Assembly (NCBI RefSeq): GCF_041146345.1
Contig: NW_027191406.1
Location: 1,302,001-1,366,000, forward strand
From: Neodothiora populina
Lineage: Eukaryota
Reading direction: 5' to 3'
DNA: 64,000 nt
Shown here: one piece after another, positions 11,945-23,582 of the stretch
Position numbering within the stretch: the stretch's first letter is position 1
Layout: every line of letters begins with the position of its first letter
Notes under the pieces: generated by a model
Seen by the model: the letters and a program-made list of their open reading frames with translations, nothing else
The model's database searches: none
What the model was told of the DNA's origin: nothing
Program-made: the position numbers and the translations under genes

Positions 11945-12829
11945 TCAACCAAACACAAGAGCGCGAACTTCGATTGACTCACGACCTGGGAAATGTTCCT
12001 TCGTCCTTGGGTCATCGAATGCGGTGTGTGGAAGCCTTGCACCAGTACCTTCGCTGTCGAAGCACTGCAAGAGCAACCGCTCATCATTCGTCATGCCTGA
12101 CAGATATAGCCATTGCTGATCGGCAGAGTACTTGATTCCAGCTGTCTCGCCTGTCCTTGTCGGATACCTGTGCTCAACAGGGATGACAGAATCGTCCCTG
12201 ACTGACACCGAGTTCGCGAAGGCCAATGGCTTCGATACGACGGGTCCGTTCAGAGGTCGCCAGACGTTGATAATGCGATAGCGACCTTTGACTAGCTCTT
12301 CGGCCTCATCGGGTAAGTGGAACTCGACTCGCTGCTCCGCTGATTTGGGGGTTTGATCAATATGGGCTCGAAGCACAGGGGCTCTCTTTGCATCAGGCGT
12401 GCTTCTTCTGATGGTGTGGTCGAATAACAACACTCTCTTCGCCCCGGGAACATTATCAAGGATAACTTTCTCCACCTCGGGGTAGTAGACCTGCTTAATG
12501 TGATCGTCGTCCGTGAAGTCCTTTTCTTCGCTCTCGACGCCACTAACTACTGCGAACGCATTGTCGTTCAGGTTGAATTGTGATTCTCTCCCACGAATAT
12601 CGTTGATCTCGACTTCGTTCCACTGTGTGCCGTAATTGTGTTGGACTTGTCCCTCGGGTGGCGATTCCACGTAATGGAATGGTGCTGTGCCGTCTGCTGG
12701 ACTCTCGAAAAATGCAAGTTGAGCCTTGACTGGGCCTCGTGGCACTTCAATTTGAGCGGTTTCTGCGTCTCCGGAGACCCTAAATTGCGCCTGTTGCGCT
12801 TGGGTCTGTGTAACTGTGGTGGTGGACAT
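11945..12829 (-). CDS. AsaB/CmcJ/GA4-desaturase-like oxygenase (often annotated as methyltransferase)
   Basis: Intronless ORF from MSTTTVTQ. Family motifs DIRG, VYYPEVE, FDHTIRR, AHIDQT, RIINVWRPL, PHTAF and RESIEVRALV. Confidence 0.85.
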   Translation of the reverse strand: MSTTTVTQTQAQQAQFRVSGDAETAQIEVPRGPVKAQLAFFESPADGTAPFHYVESPPEGQVQHNYGTQWNEVEINDIRGRESQFNLNDNAFAVVSGVESEEKDFTDDDHIKQVYYPEVEKVILDNVPGAKRVLLFDHTIRRSTPDAKRAPVLRAHIDQTPKSAEQRVEFHLPDEAEELVKGRYRIINVWRPLNGPVVSKPLAFANSVSVRDDSVIPVEHRYPTRTGETAGIKYSADQQWLYLSGMTNDERLLLQCFDSEGTGARLPHTAFDDPRTKEHFPGRESIEVRALVFG

Positions 12830-14332
12830 AGCTGCGAATAGACCTCGGCTTAGGATAAAGCTGTAGTATGATGTATGATGCGATTGAACAGTCCCGTGTC
12901 TTCGGATTTCTGTTATGAATGATATCAAAACAAAATCTTTTACAACTACCACTTCTCTCTGATATTTATATCCTTATTCTTATAGCCAGGATCGAGGGGT
13001 CCACTGATTTATAATGTCTTCCATGTGTGCCACCAACGACCATCACGTCATCTAACACCTTTCCCCAGGTCCGAAAGTCAAAGCGGACACAACGATCGGG
13101 AATAAGCGATTTATCAGCGTGTGCCTTGTATAAGCAACCGGGGTCGTCGCTGGGGCTGCCAATCAGAAGTGGCGAAAGCAAAGCCACAGCGATTGCGTGC
13201 TCGAGATACAGTACGGCATACTGTAGTACTGGTATGACTGTGCGGTACTCTGCCTTTTCTGCTCTGTTGATGCATCCAGCCGTCGTTGGAATGTTCCTTC
13301 TAATGATCTGCGTTTCGATATTGATTATCAATATGTTGTCAGACGAAGAAGTATGATCGATAAGATATTTGTGCTAGATGGTCCGATACTTGCCTCTCGT
13401 CCTTATGATCACTCAGCGCCGGTCAGTCTGCTGGGGTAGTCAGCAGGGACACAGCCTTACTGTGCTGTAAATTAGGTAGCTGTACCACAAATCCGCCACA
13501 CCCACATTCCACCAGACATGCCGAAAGAGCGTTCGCCATTGTTGCATCTCTGGTGGATATCAAGCTAGACATTTCATCATTCTCGCCAAAATCGTGGACG
13601 CATAGTAGCCATCGTAATTTGAGGTACGAGAACGTCATCAGCCCGATCGCATTGTTATCGAGGTTGATTCATCATCTCGCAAACACATTTGTGAATGTTT
13701 GGTCTAGAAAGTGTCGTACTTAAGATCGGGATAACCACGTACCATTTCACTATATCGGATGCGTTGACGATCATTAAGGCTGCGGCTCAACGCGACGGAA
13801 GATTCGATGGTTGGTATCTTGAGAAGGCAGTCGCTATGCTTGCGGAGGTTAATATGCTTCTTGTAATCAACCTGGTGCGTGGTTGCACCTGTAGCGGTAT
13901 CAGGCATATACAAAAGTCATGGCCAGGAAATTTAACATTGTCCGGAAACAGTTTGCAGTAGTTCACGTCTCATAGTACATTACTTTCCCCCGGACATGAT
14001 GTCTGGCACAGGTGTAGACTAAACAAACGGATGAGGCTGAAGTTACGCAAGCTCTTCTCGCTCGCTTGTAATGGAATATAACGAAAACTATCATGGTCAA
14101 CTATCATTCCTGATCGACCCATATACTTCCCATCTCGCAATCAGTATAGCCTAAGCGCCTCCCCAAAAATGCATCTATATCGCTATGCAATGCCCTCGTT
14201 GCAATAAGTATCTCCATACGTAATGTCGTGCCATTATAAGATTGTCCTCTCCGAAACGTGTATGACGCCACTCAAAATTTCCATGCGAGATACCGATTTG
14301 CTCCATTAAACCCACCAAGCTAGGCTTGCAAA

Positions 14333-16279
14333 TCAACCCGATCTTGTTATCACAAAAGCGCTGACTTCGATGGCTGACGTCGGCTCGCCATACCGATATG
14401 GATTTCGGGCTACACCATCAAGCAGTTCCTGGATGATCATCGGAGGCGTCTTGTCTTCCAGAGCTCGATTCGCCTTGCGAAAGTATCGATTTATTGTTTC
14501 CCGTAGGCGTGGTTTTTCCTGCTTGCACCACCACATGTCCGCCCATACTTCTCGTTCTAGCTTAACCTCCTCTTTCGCTGCATAGACCACCGAGAACTTT
14601 GCTTGCTTGCGATGAAACTTCTCCATCCTTGGGCTTGTCTGGCTCAAGGTTGCACATAGACTCTGGATCCTCATCAGCATGACGTCGTGATCCGGTAATG
14701 CTGCAGCGGCGGCCATCTTGCCAGCTGAAGAACCCATATCAGCGGAGAACCCATTGACCACCACGATTGTTCGTAACAACGGCTCCAGGATCGGTCCCAA
14801 GTATTCATTCGTGAACGTTCTGGCACCCTTCTTCGTCGGATATACAAAAATCAAGGTACCATTATCGGGCGACAGCTCGACCAATCTGTCGATCAGTATG
14901 GAAGGCCCTTTCACATTGAACATCTCGGAAAACTCGTTCACACTGCTCGGAGGAATATAGCGCTCGACAATCGAGACGTCTACAGAAGCGGGCGGTACTA
15001 TGGGGGACGGGGATTGAGGTAGAGTGTGAAGGCTGTCGTTGTAATCGCAAACACGGACGGCAGTGTCGAATGTTTTTGATGTGAAATAATCGTCTCCACC
15101 AATGGCGGGACCGGGTGTGCTAGGCGGTGATCGCGGCAGATCCGCCAAGTTGAATTTGCCAGGCAGGGCGTGGAAAACATTAATCCAACACATAGGACTG
15201 GTTGGAGTCTGGTCTTGCAAGGAACGGATAACGGCCGGGAATATGTGGCCTTCTACTGCTGGTGTTGGTAATGCGTGTGACAGGATTTTGATGGGTCCAG
15301 TACGTTCAGACATGTTAATATTATTCACTAATTCGATTTAGTACGTATGGGTAGCGATAATGCACTTGAGTGACTCACGCATGGCATTGATCACTGGGTC
15401 CACCCATGAGGGAGTGTCTGCTATTGACAAGTCGGCAATAACACTAGCAGATGTGGCAATGTCGTCTGAAACACTGATAGCAGGCACTGAATAGGTAGCG
15501 GGCTCACTGTTGGACTCTGCGGCGACCACGGAATCAGTGGCACTATCCTCGGTCGCTTCAATGTCAGCTGCAGCGATGTTGGGTTCCGTTGTTGGTGAGT
15601 CCATCGATCCCGTTGCGGCCTTCGCTATGGCTTCCCAGGTTATGCGTCCATTCTCATCGGGGGGAGTGAGCGTTGTGACGAAATGATGAAGCGGACTTGG
15701 CAATGGGGAAGCTATTGTACGGACAGCAGGTGATTGTACTGACTGTCGAAATACCTCTATTTGCTCGAGTGGTGCAGAGTCAGAGAGAAAGTCATCAGAT
15801 GTTGCGCCAACGTTGGGGACGGACGACTGCGGTAACATGGGCAGCAACTCGCCGCGTTCTATACGATCGTGTGACAAGTGTAGTTCTGGGTTGGAGTGCA
15901 CAGCAGCAATCCCCAGACTTGCGAATGAAGGCAGACGGAGTGCTGGTCCAGCTTTCGAGGATGAGGGTAAAGACAATGCATCACTCGGAGCTGGATCAAC
16001 ATCAGCACCGACGATAGCATCAAAGCTCAGAGGCAGCTGCGACATTATTTCCTGTCCGGGGGTAACAACATCTTCATGTTTTACGACATCCGGCTCCGGC
16101 GCAAGAGGCAGTGCGCCTGAACTCACGACTGTGGAGTCATCTATTGGCCATTGGCCAGGTGAGATGACAGCTGCGTGAGAGGCTCTTTCGAGGCTAGGTG
16201 TCGATAAATTAATATCATCGGCAGCAGGTGAGGGGAAGCCAAACTCTGCTGCAGTCGGAACCGTGGTGGTGTTGCGCAT
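14333..16279 (-). CDS. Conserved fungal hypothetical protein with a disordered N-terminus and globular C-terminal domain
   Basis: Two ORFs are joined in frame by intron 15378-15328 (GTGAGT..TAG). The C-terminal part is complex (WINVFHALP, ERYIPP, LIFVYPTKKGA). Start chosen at MRNTTT. Confidence 0.7.
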
Positions 16280-18081
16280 GTCGCATGGGGCTGCTAGAAA
16301 CCTCACAAGACAGCTTACCGGTTCGCGACAACAAAGACAAGAAGCCACGTGGGGACTGTGTAGTGGCTCGTCACAATTCACGAGTGAAAGCAGAAAAAAC
16401 GAGAGGAAAAGCTGGCGGTTCCGAGTGAGAGAGAGATCGGTGATAGTATTAGTCGCGCACTGAAGCCGTGGTGTTAGCGCGTGCAGCAACAGCATGTGCT
16501 TGAGTTCTAGACGGGCCCATTCGATCGGAATGGGCGATATTATTTTCGTACAGGGGACGGACGAAGCACATGGAAACGTCTCCCTATAACTTCCCAAAAG
16601 TCGCGGATCTGATCAGATAATTCGTGTAAATATATCCAAGATCGAAGCTGTGCTTAGCAGGTAATGCGCATCTCCGCATCGTGGACTACTTCTGATGGTT
16701 GATAGTAATCGACGGCGTCCATCCGCGTACTTCCTGTGCCGTTAGTAGGTCTGCCTAATGAGGACCGTGAGCGTTTCGAGCTCGCCGCATGAGTGAATAG
16801 CCTAGGCAAAGAAGGGTCTTGCCACATCTTCATGCTGTTATGAATTCGTCTCGCGACATGCCAATCAGGAACAATTCGAGCGCCGCAGTTGCCGGTGGCG
16901 CTGCAAGCAATGCCTCCGCCCAAAGGCCAGAGACAATTGCCAGATTTGAGTTTGACCGCGTCGTCTCCTGACACTGACAGGCGCCGCTGCGAATGCAAGT
17001 TAGCTGTTAGCGCTGTTTCGCCTCCACAGTCGAAAACACCACCACAACGCCCGTGAACGCACCAACTCGTATCTTGAACATATTCGCATTCATGTTCTCG
17101 TACCTACATGTCTTCTGTACCTCACGTTCAGAGCCCTGTAGCGTGATACCTGTCGCGGCTCCTTCAAGCGACAAGTCATTCGATGAGTCGCCCACTTGTC
17201 TTGAATCCAAGCCATTGATACACGTCGACTTGGCTCTATGAAGAGAATTATTTTATGTCGTCAGCTGGTAGCATCTCCGACGCGTCAGCTCAAAGTGCTC
17301 TAAACCCAGCCTTCGAATGACAATTCCTGTTCAAGGCTCAATTGGCGTAAGATCACAAAGAACGCGCGATCCGACTCACGGAAGATTTGCGAGCCTATGG
17401 TCTACAAGTAGTACGGTCGCAAAGTTCGCGGCGACGAAGCAGTCTATTCATTGTCGCGAAGCGGTGAAAGTGGCTGTTGTCGCATAGCTATAGAGCTCGA
17501 ATGCATCGTATAGACGCAATACTTGCACTGCTCAAATTTCGGCCATGGACTTGACTATATCTGTTGTTATGTGATGGCTAGACTATGCGCACAAACGAAG
17601 ATTTTTGAAGGTAGCAAAGTGATCTTCTTCGCTGTCGACTCCACCCATTACCTCTTTATCCAACCGAATTTTCCGATGCTGGCAACACTCTCTGACCCTC
17701 TTGATCGATGCTGCGGGATGATTCTACGATCTGCAAGTGGACTTCCGAATAGGGAAATCTTAAATTCATCTCCGGAGATAGCAAGATATTGCTATGGGAC
17801 CAAGTAAAGTACAGTAGATCATGGACAGAAAGAGGCATCCATCAAGCGACATGCCAATCGTCATCTTTGTAGTTGTTTTCGCTTCTTTACAGACAATTGT
17901 GAACGTGGAGCGGCGAGATATGTAGACAATCATTGTGTCCTATGGCTTGTGCCGTCAGGCACAATGATTACATCACGCACTTCATACATATGTATACAAT
18001 CGTACCTAAATGTCGGCTTCTACGCTGCTTGTACTAGACGTCGGAATGAGTTCGAGAAGCCTTCGACATGGTCTTGTCCAC

Positions 18082-21000
18082 CTAGCCTGTAGAAGACTGT
18101 TGCTTCAGGGCTTCGAGTCTGCCAAGTACCCTTTTCAACAACAACGCTGCTCCCTTGCTGACAGCGGACAGCCCATCCTTTTCTACCCCCGCAACATCGC
18201 TGTTAATGAGTATTGTCTTTGCCGACACAATCGCTTTATCTAGAAGTGTTGGTCCTGAGGCTGCTACATAAAGCCATCGCAACACGTCTTCGAAGCCTTT
18301 CACGCCTGGTGGTAGATTCGCTGTTTCGCTATGTCCCTTCGCCCGAATCAGGGAGCTCAGCGGAGATATGAGGAACGCGCGTGCACGTAGGTATGTCCTC
18401 TCGGTATAGACTGAGCTCGAGTGTCGTGAAGACGAGAGACCTTGCAGAGGCTCATAACCGGCTTCATCTAGAATGCGTTATTAGTCGGGTGACCCAGATC
18501 ATGCAAAATTGACAGGACTTACTGTAGTAAGGTTCTTTAACTAGCACCAGGCCAAGGATTGAAACCAGTAGCTGAAGGATCGTACTTTTCCCGGATACCC
18601 AGCCTTCGCCTTTGGCGTCGTCGCCAGACCATGTTCCTAGTAAACTCAGACAAATCTTGCCATCTTCGTACAAATTAGGATTTACACGCCCCTGCATGCC
18701 AGTGCCCTCACTAGTCCAGCTGTGGAAGTGCGCCTTAGGAGGCTCACTCGGAAAGGTAGGTGAAAGGTAGAGATCCACAATAAAGGGCGCATACTCGTAT
18801 GGTGTTCCTACGGGCCCAATGAACAAGACGCGGATGAGATCGAGACGGGACTCCCAAGTACGAACAAAGATGCCTGGAGGAAGAGCATTCGGAGAGCGCA
18901 GGATCTTATGCTCTTTCTGTATAGACTTCAGCTTAGCGGTATTCGCACCTGTGGTTAGCGTCGCAATGGGATGATTTGCGGGTACAGGACTATCCAAGAT
19001 CTCGTACACCATTGGAGAACCAGGGAAGGAAGATATGTTCATTTCCTCCACGGTAGCTTTTGGCGGTGTGGTGGTAGCAGTAGCTATTAGAGGAAGTACC
19101 GCGGCCGTTGCGGTTTTAAGAGGCGCCGATGTGTCGTTTGATGGTGCCGAGTTCATAGGTTCATCTGATCCCATATCCATGTCTTCATTGCCAGCATTTT
19201 CATCTTCGTTCTCGCTTGCCGTGCTCCATGAGTCGTCTTCGTCGTCGACCGGCATGCCTGGTTGCCCAGCTACAAACCATTGTCCAACATCATCATCCAT
19301 GTCATAATTTTCACCATCCAATTCATCCAAGTCATCAGAGCTCAAACTCATAGCATCCCCTTCCATGTCAGAATAGTCGCCCCCTACGTCGTCCAAGTCG
19401 GCACTCCTGAGGGCAAGGATAGTACTTTCGGTAGGAATCTCTATTTCCTTCACGGGCTCGGCTGCTCCAAGCCGAATGCATGCTCGCCCTTGAGGCGTTA
19501 CATCCACTATCTCGCCGAGCCAAGTAATTCCAATCAACTCGACATCCGGAAGCATTGATTCAGGCACGTGTACAAAGTCTCCTCGTCGTCGATTTATGCA
19601 TTCGGGTGCGGTAATGTCGTAGAAGCTGACTTCCTCGCTCTCTTCTTGTAATTTCCCTACCACACTCTCTGGCAAATGTGTGGCGTAGGTCGTCTCCAGA
19701 AACGATAAAGTGTGGTTTGTTGACCATTTCACGCGCGCAATTCTGTCGATGTTGTTCACTTGTTGTACCACCCCGACTTGAGAAGGCCTGATCGTCGAGT
19801 GTAGGTCGTCGAGTTTGTGGTCATTGGTACAAACGATGTCTCCTGGAAATACGGCATCTTCGTCGTCAACCGCAAAGTCTGGCACTAACGTCGTGGCCAG
19901 CTCGGTCGTAATTGTAAGGTCGGTCCACTGTACGTCTACCTTGGTTAAGGTGTTCATTACTGTAAAAACATTCATGTCGTAGCCAAGCGTGTCTCTACGA
20001 TCCACTCTCTCTAATTTGCCGTGGGCCGTACTTCCATCATACTTGACACTTGCTCCTGCTACATCTCCAAATCGTACCCGTATGCCACCTTGTAGCTCAG
20101 GGTCAGATGTGATCTTTGTAGGGCTCGTGTCTAAAGCTTGAGGATGTCGTGTCAGGTCATATATGCAAACATTACCGGACTCCAACTCGTCCTGGGCAAT
20201 GACGACTTCTGGCATAGTATGTGTGTGAGCTAGCACATCTTCTTCTGACAATAAGGCCTTGGTAATCTTGGGTTGAAGCCAATCGACCTGACATTCCTGG
20301 GTTTTGACATCGACTACCACGCCAACAGGTGTGACATTTGGGTTGTACGCTCCGAACCGCCAAATCCCCGTTCTGAGACTTCCCTTTTTCGTCTTGATGA
20401 GAGAGCCAACACTCAATCGCTCGCCGGGATCACCGTTAAGGGGTTCTACATCGAGTTCGGTCTTCAAGGTTACTACGCCATTGTCGGACAACCGTACGGT
20501 AATTTCGTCGAAGCATTCCCTGATACGTCCGAACCAATTCTTGTAAATGACGAGGTCACCTTGATTGTATTCGTGTACGAGTTTGAGCTCACTGGCAGGG
20601 ATGTCTTGTAAGACTGATCCCTCGTTGACCAGTTCAAGCAAAGGCGGCTCATCGTCAAGAGGGGAAGGGAGCCACGCCGCCCTCAACGACTTGCCACTTT
20701 TCAGCTCCTTTGCCTCACACATGGGTAGTAATGTACAGTTTTTCCGTACACTGACGACCGTCCCTGCCATCGTCTCGTCGTCATCATCGCGCTTGACAAT
20801 ATCGCCGACTAAGAATGCGCGGTCAAGCAATTCTAACAATTTTTCCGCCACTAGCTCGGTCTTCGGATGAGTCTGCCACTGGACCAGAACAAACCCCTTG
20901 GGAGGTATGCCATCTCTCATGAATTGCTTGTATGCCTCCCGCGACAAGGATTTCGATCGATGAATCTTCATACCGTAGGATTCTCCCGGTAGTGGATCGT

Positions 21001-21109
21001 GAGATTCGACGTCTGCATGAGTGCGATCGATATAACCTACCGCATCCACTGTCTCGCCAGTCTTGAAAGCGACGACATCGTCGACATGGAAGCTTCTCTT
21101 TACGACCAT
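18082..21109 (-). CDS. UBE2O/BIRC6-type large E2 ubiquitin-conjugating enzyme
   Basis: UBC domain GIFVRTWESRLDLIRVLFIGPVGTPYE...GRVNPNLYEDGKICLSLLGTW with the catalytic Cys, preceded by an acidic linker. Intron 18522-18468 gives EPYY|NEAGYE. Confidence 0.9.
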
Positions 21110-21782
21110 GGTCGATATCGTCTGGTTGACGCAAAGGTCTCTCGAAGCGCAGTTGAATTTTTTTCTCTTGTATCTACACAAGTCCTGGCCTGCCTTGATC
21201 ACTCTCCCACTCCGGTGCAGACTGATAACACCAGTCGTCAATTCTACCTGCGCCGCGACGAAAGCAGTGTTTCACAGGTAACAGGATATAATGCACGCCA
21301 CGTTGAGTCTGCGGTTGACTTTTTGATGCCCGCCTAAGCAGCATCTCGCGTGTGACTGCGGAGGCTTGGCACGGCGCGGAAGAGAACCACCACTATTGAA
21401 GGTAAAACCTCACTATTTGTTTCCACATGCAATATGCTATGTTGGTAGTTGGGAACTACACCTATCTTGCCAGCATATTGTGATACACCCTCAGACGCAG
21501 GTCTCGTCAGATTATGTCGACTTGCCAATAGGCGGTCACAGGTCCCTTTCCGTTGAGTTATGTTTCATCTAATATTACATGCAGGGTAGATGAGCAGTAA
21601 AGTTGGCTGCGACGACGTCACCCAAGACACCTCAAGATCACTCCAACTCCAGGTTGGCTGAGCTAAATGCTATATATATCGTGCAATTTCGAGCGTAGGC
21701 GAAGTGTTCATTTTATTTTTTTCCTCTCTTCCATTTCTATTGTGACAGCATCATATTCTGTGTGACGATATATATATCAAAG

Positions 21783-23099
21783 ATGCCTGACTCTCTACAA
21801 TTCGCAATCACAAACACAACCGACTCTAATGAAGTCTACGCCTACGTCTCTGGCATCGCTATCCAGCACAATGGTCAGCGATGTCTCATGAAAGCGAATG
21901 GAAGAGATCTCTACTTTCCCTCCTCACCATCCACGATTCTTCAGCCGCTTGCGGAAGACTGTGCTATTCCCCTCGGTCCGTCCGGCAACACAATCAACAT
22001 TACAATTCCTCAGATCGCTGGTGGTCGTCTGTGGTTCAGTGTCAACGGCAAACTTACTTTCCTGCTGAACCCTGGCCCAGCTCTTGTAGAACCATCTGTC
22101 CTCAACCCAAGTGATCCAAATGCTCACGTGGACTTTGGCTTCTGTGAATTCACGTTGAACAATGACCAACTCTACGCAAACATAAGTTATGTCGATTTCG
22201 TGCCTCGTCTACCCATTGCCATATCACTCGAGAACGCAGATGGCTCAGTAGAGAGAGTAGCTGGCATGGGCCCCGACGGTCTCGATCGAATCTGCGATGC
22301 CCTCCGAGCGCAGGCTTCCAGAGACGGCAGACCATGGGACAAACTCGTCGTCCAGCACGAGGGCCGCAGCCTACGCGCACTGAATTCAACCCACGGAAAC
22401 GCAGTCGGCGCATCTTTCGACGGGTACTTTGAGCCTTACGTTGAGAAAGTGTGGCAAAAATACCGTCACGACACCTGCAGGATCGACACCCAAGCCGGAC
22501 CCGGTGTCCTGCAAGGACGCATAAACCACAAAGACGAATTCGTCATCGGCGACGAAGCCTTCTCCAAACCCAACACAGCGGACATCCTAGGCTGCAACAG
22601 TGGCCCCTTCACGACGGGCCCCTTGGCGACCAGAAACGCCATCATCCCCCGTCTGGCGGCTGCTTTTGTGCGTTCGACTCTGCTGTGCGAGACGGAGCAT
22701 CCTTCGCATCCGCGTACTTTCTTCAAGGAGGACCCGACGAACCACTACGCGCGTATCGTGCACGAGTGCCAGAAGGACGGCAAGGGTTACGCGTTCGCGT
22801 ACGACGACGTGCAGCCGGACGGAGGAGACGATCAGAGTGGAAAGGTCAATGGCGGTGCTCCTACTCTATTCAGAGTCGTCGTCGGTGGCAGAGGGGGTGG
22901 TGGGGATGAAGCTGCGCCTCGGCAACAGCAGCAATCACAGCAACAATCACAGCCTCCGCCAATCCCGGCGAATAAGCCAAGTATGCAACAGCAGCAGTCA
23001 GGACAGGCAGCGCAAACGCCGCCTCCGATTCCTGGCGGTAAGCCCGCGCACCGCGGTCTACGTGGTCACTTCAATGAACTGACGCAGAAGTTCCTATAG
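21783..23099 (+). CDS. Glycoside hydrolase family 64 beta-1,3-glucanase with a Gln/Pro-rich tail
   Basis: Motifs GGRLWFS, FCEFT, LYANISYVDFV, NHYARIVH and GYAFAYDDV. No signal peptide. TATATATA at ~21671. Confidence 0.9.
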   Translation: MPDSLQFAITNTTDSNEVYAYVSGIAIQHNGQRCLMKANGRDLYFPSSPSTILQPLAEDCAIPLGPSGNTINITIPQIAGGRLWFSVNGKLTFLLNPGPALVEPSVLNPSDPNAHVDFGFCEFTLNNDQLYANISYVDFVPRLPIAISLENADGSVERVAGMGPDGLDRICDALRAQASRDGRPWDKLVVQHEGRSLRALNSTHGNAVGASFDGYFEPYVEKVWQKYRHDTCRIDTQAGPGVLQGRINHKDEFVIGDEAFSKPNTADILGCNSGPFTTGPLATRNAIIPRLAAAFVRSTLLCETEHPSHPRTFFKEDPTNHYARIVHECQKDGKGYAFAYDDVQPDGGDDQSGKVNGGAPTLFRVVVGGRGGGGDEAAPRQQQQSQQQSQPPPIPANKPSMQQQQSGQAAQTPPPIPGGKPAHRGLRGHFNELTQKFL

Positions 23100-23582
23100 G
23101 GTGGTGGTAGGGTATTGGCTGCGCGCGAAACATGATGTTCTCCTTTTCATGACTGTGAATAAATCACATGGTACATAATTGGGCGAAGGACGGTTTTGTG
23201 GATATGGTTGGCGGATAGCACAGGCTAATCGACGGTGGGAGGGGACATATCTCTCAAGGGTGATGATAGATACCATTTACGTGACGACCAATTCGATGTG
23301 ACTCGAAGCATTTTACTTGGATATTGAATGCTAAAGCTGATTACACATGGCTTTTTTGCGGTTGTGACACCCCTGTGTCTCCGGATAGAGAGAAACCTCA
23401 TCATTGTCGCCCCTTTTAGTGTCTCTTGTTGACTTTTGTATTATTTGCCTTATCGCATACACTCTTTTCTGTCTAAGACGACACAAGAAAGAAAACATAA
23501 AGGGAAGAAAGAAGACGCTTTTGAATGACTTAAAAACATTGGTAAGAAGACGAAGAACAAGAAGATAAAAAATCAGAAAAGA

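Noticed and set aside
16280..16597. 106-codon in-frame upstream extension of the hypothetical gene
   Set aside because: TTG start and pyrimidine-rich, UTR-like translation; more likely 5' UTR.
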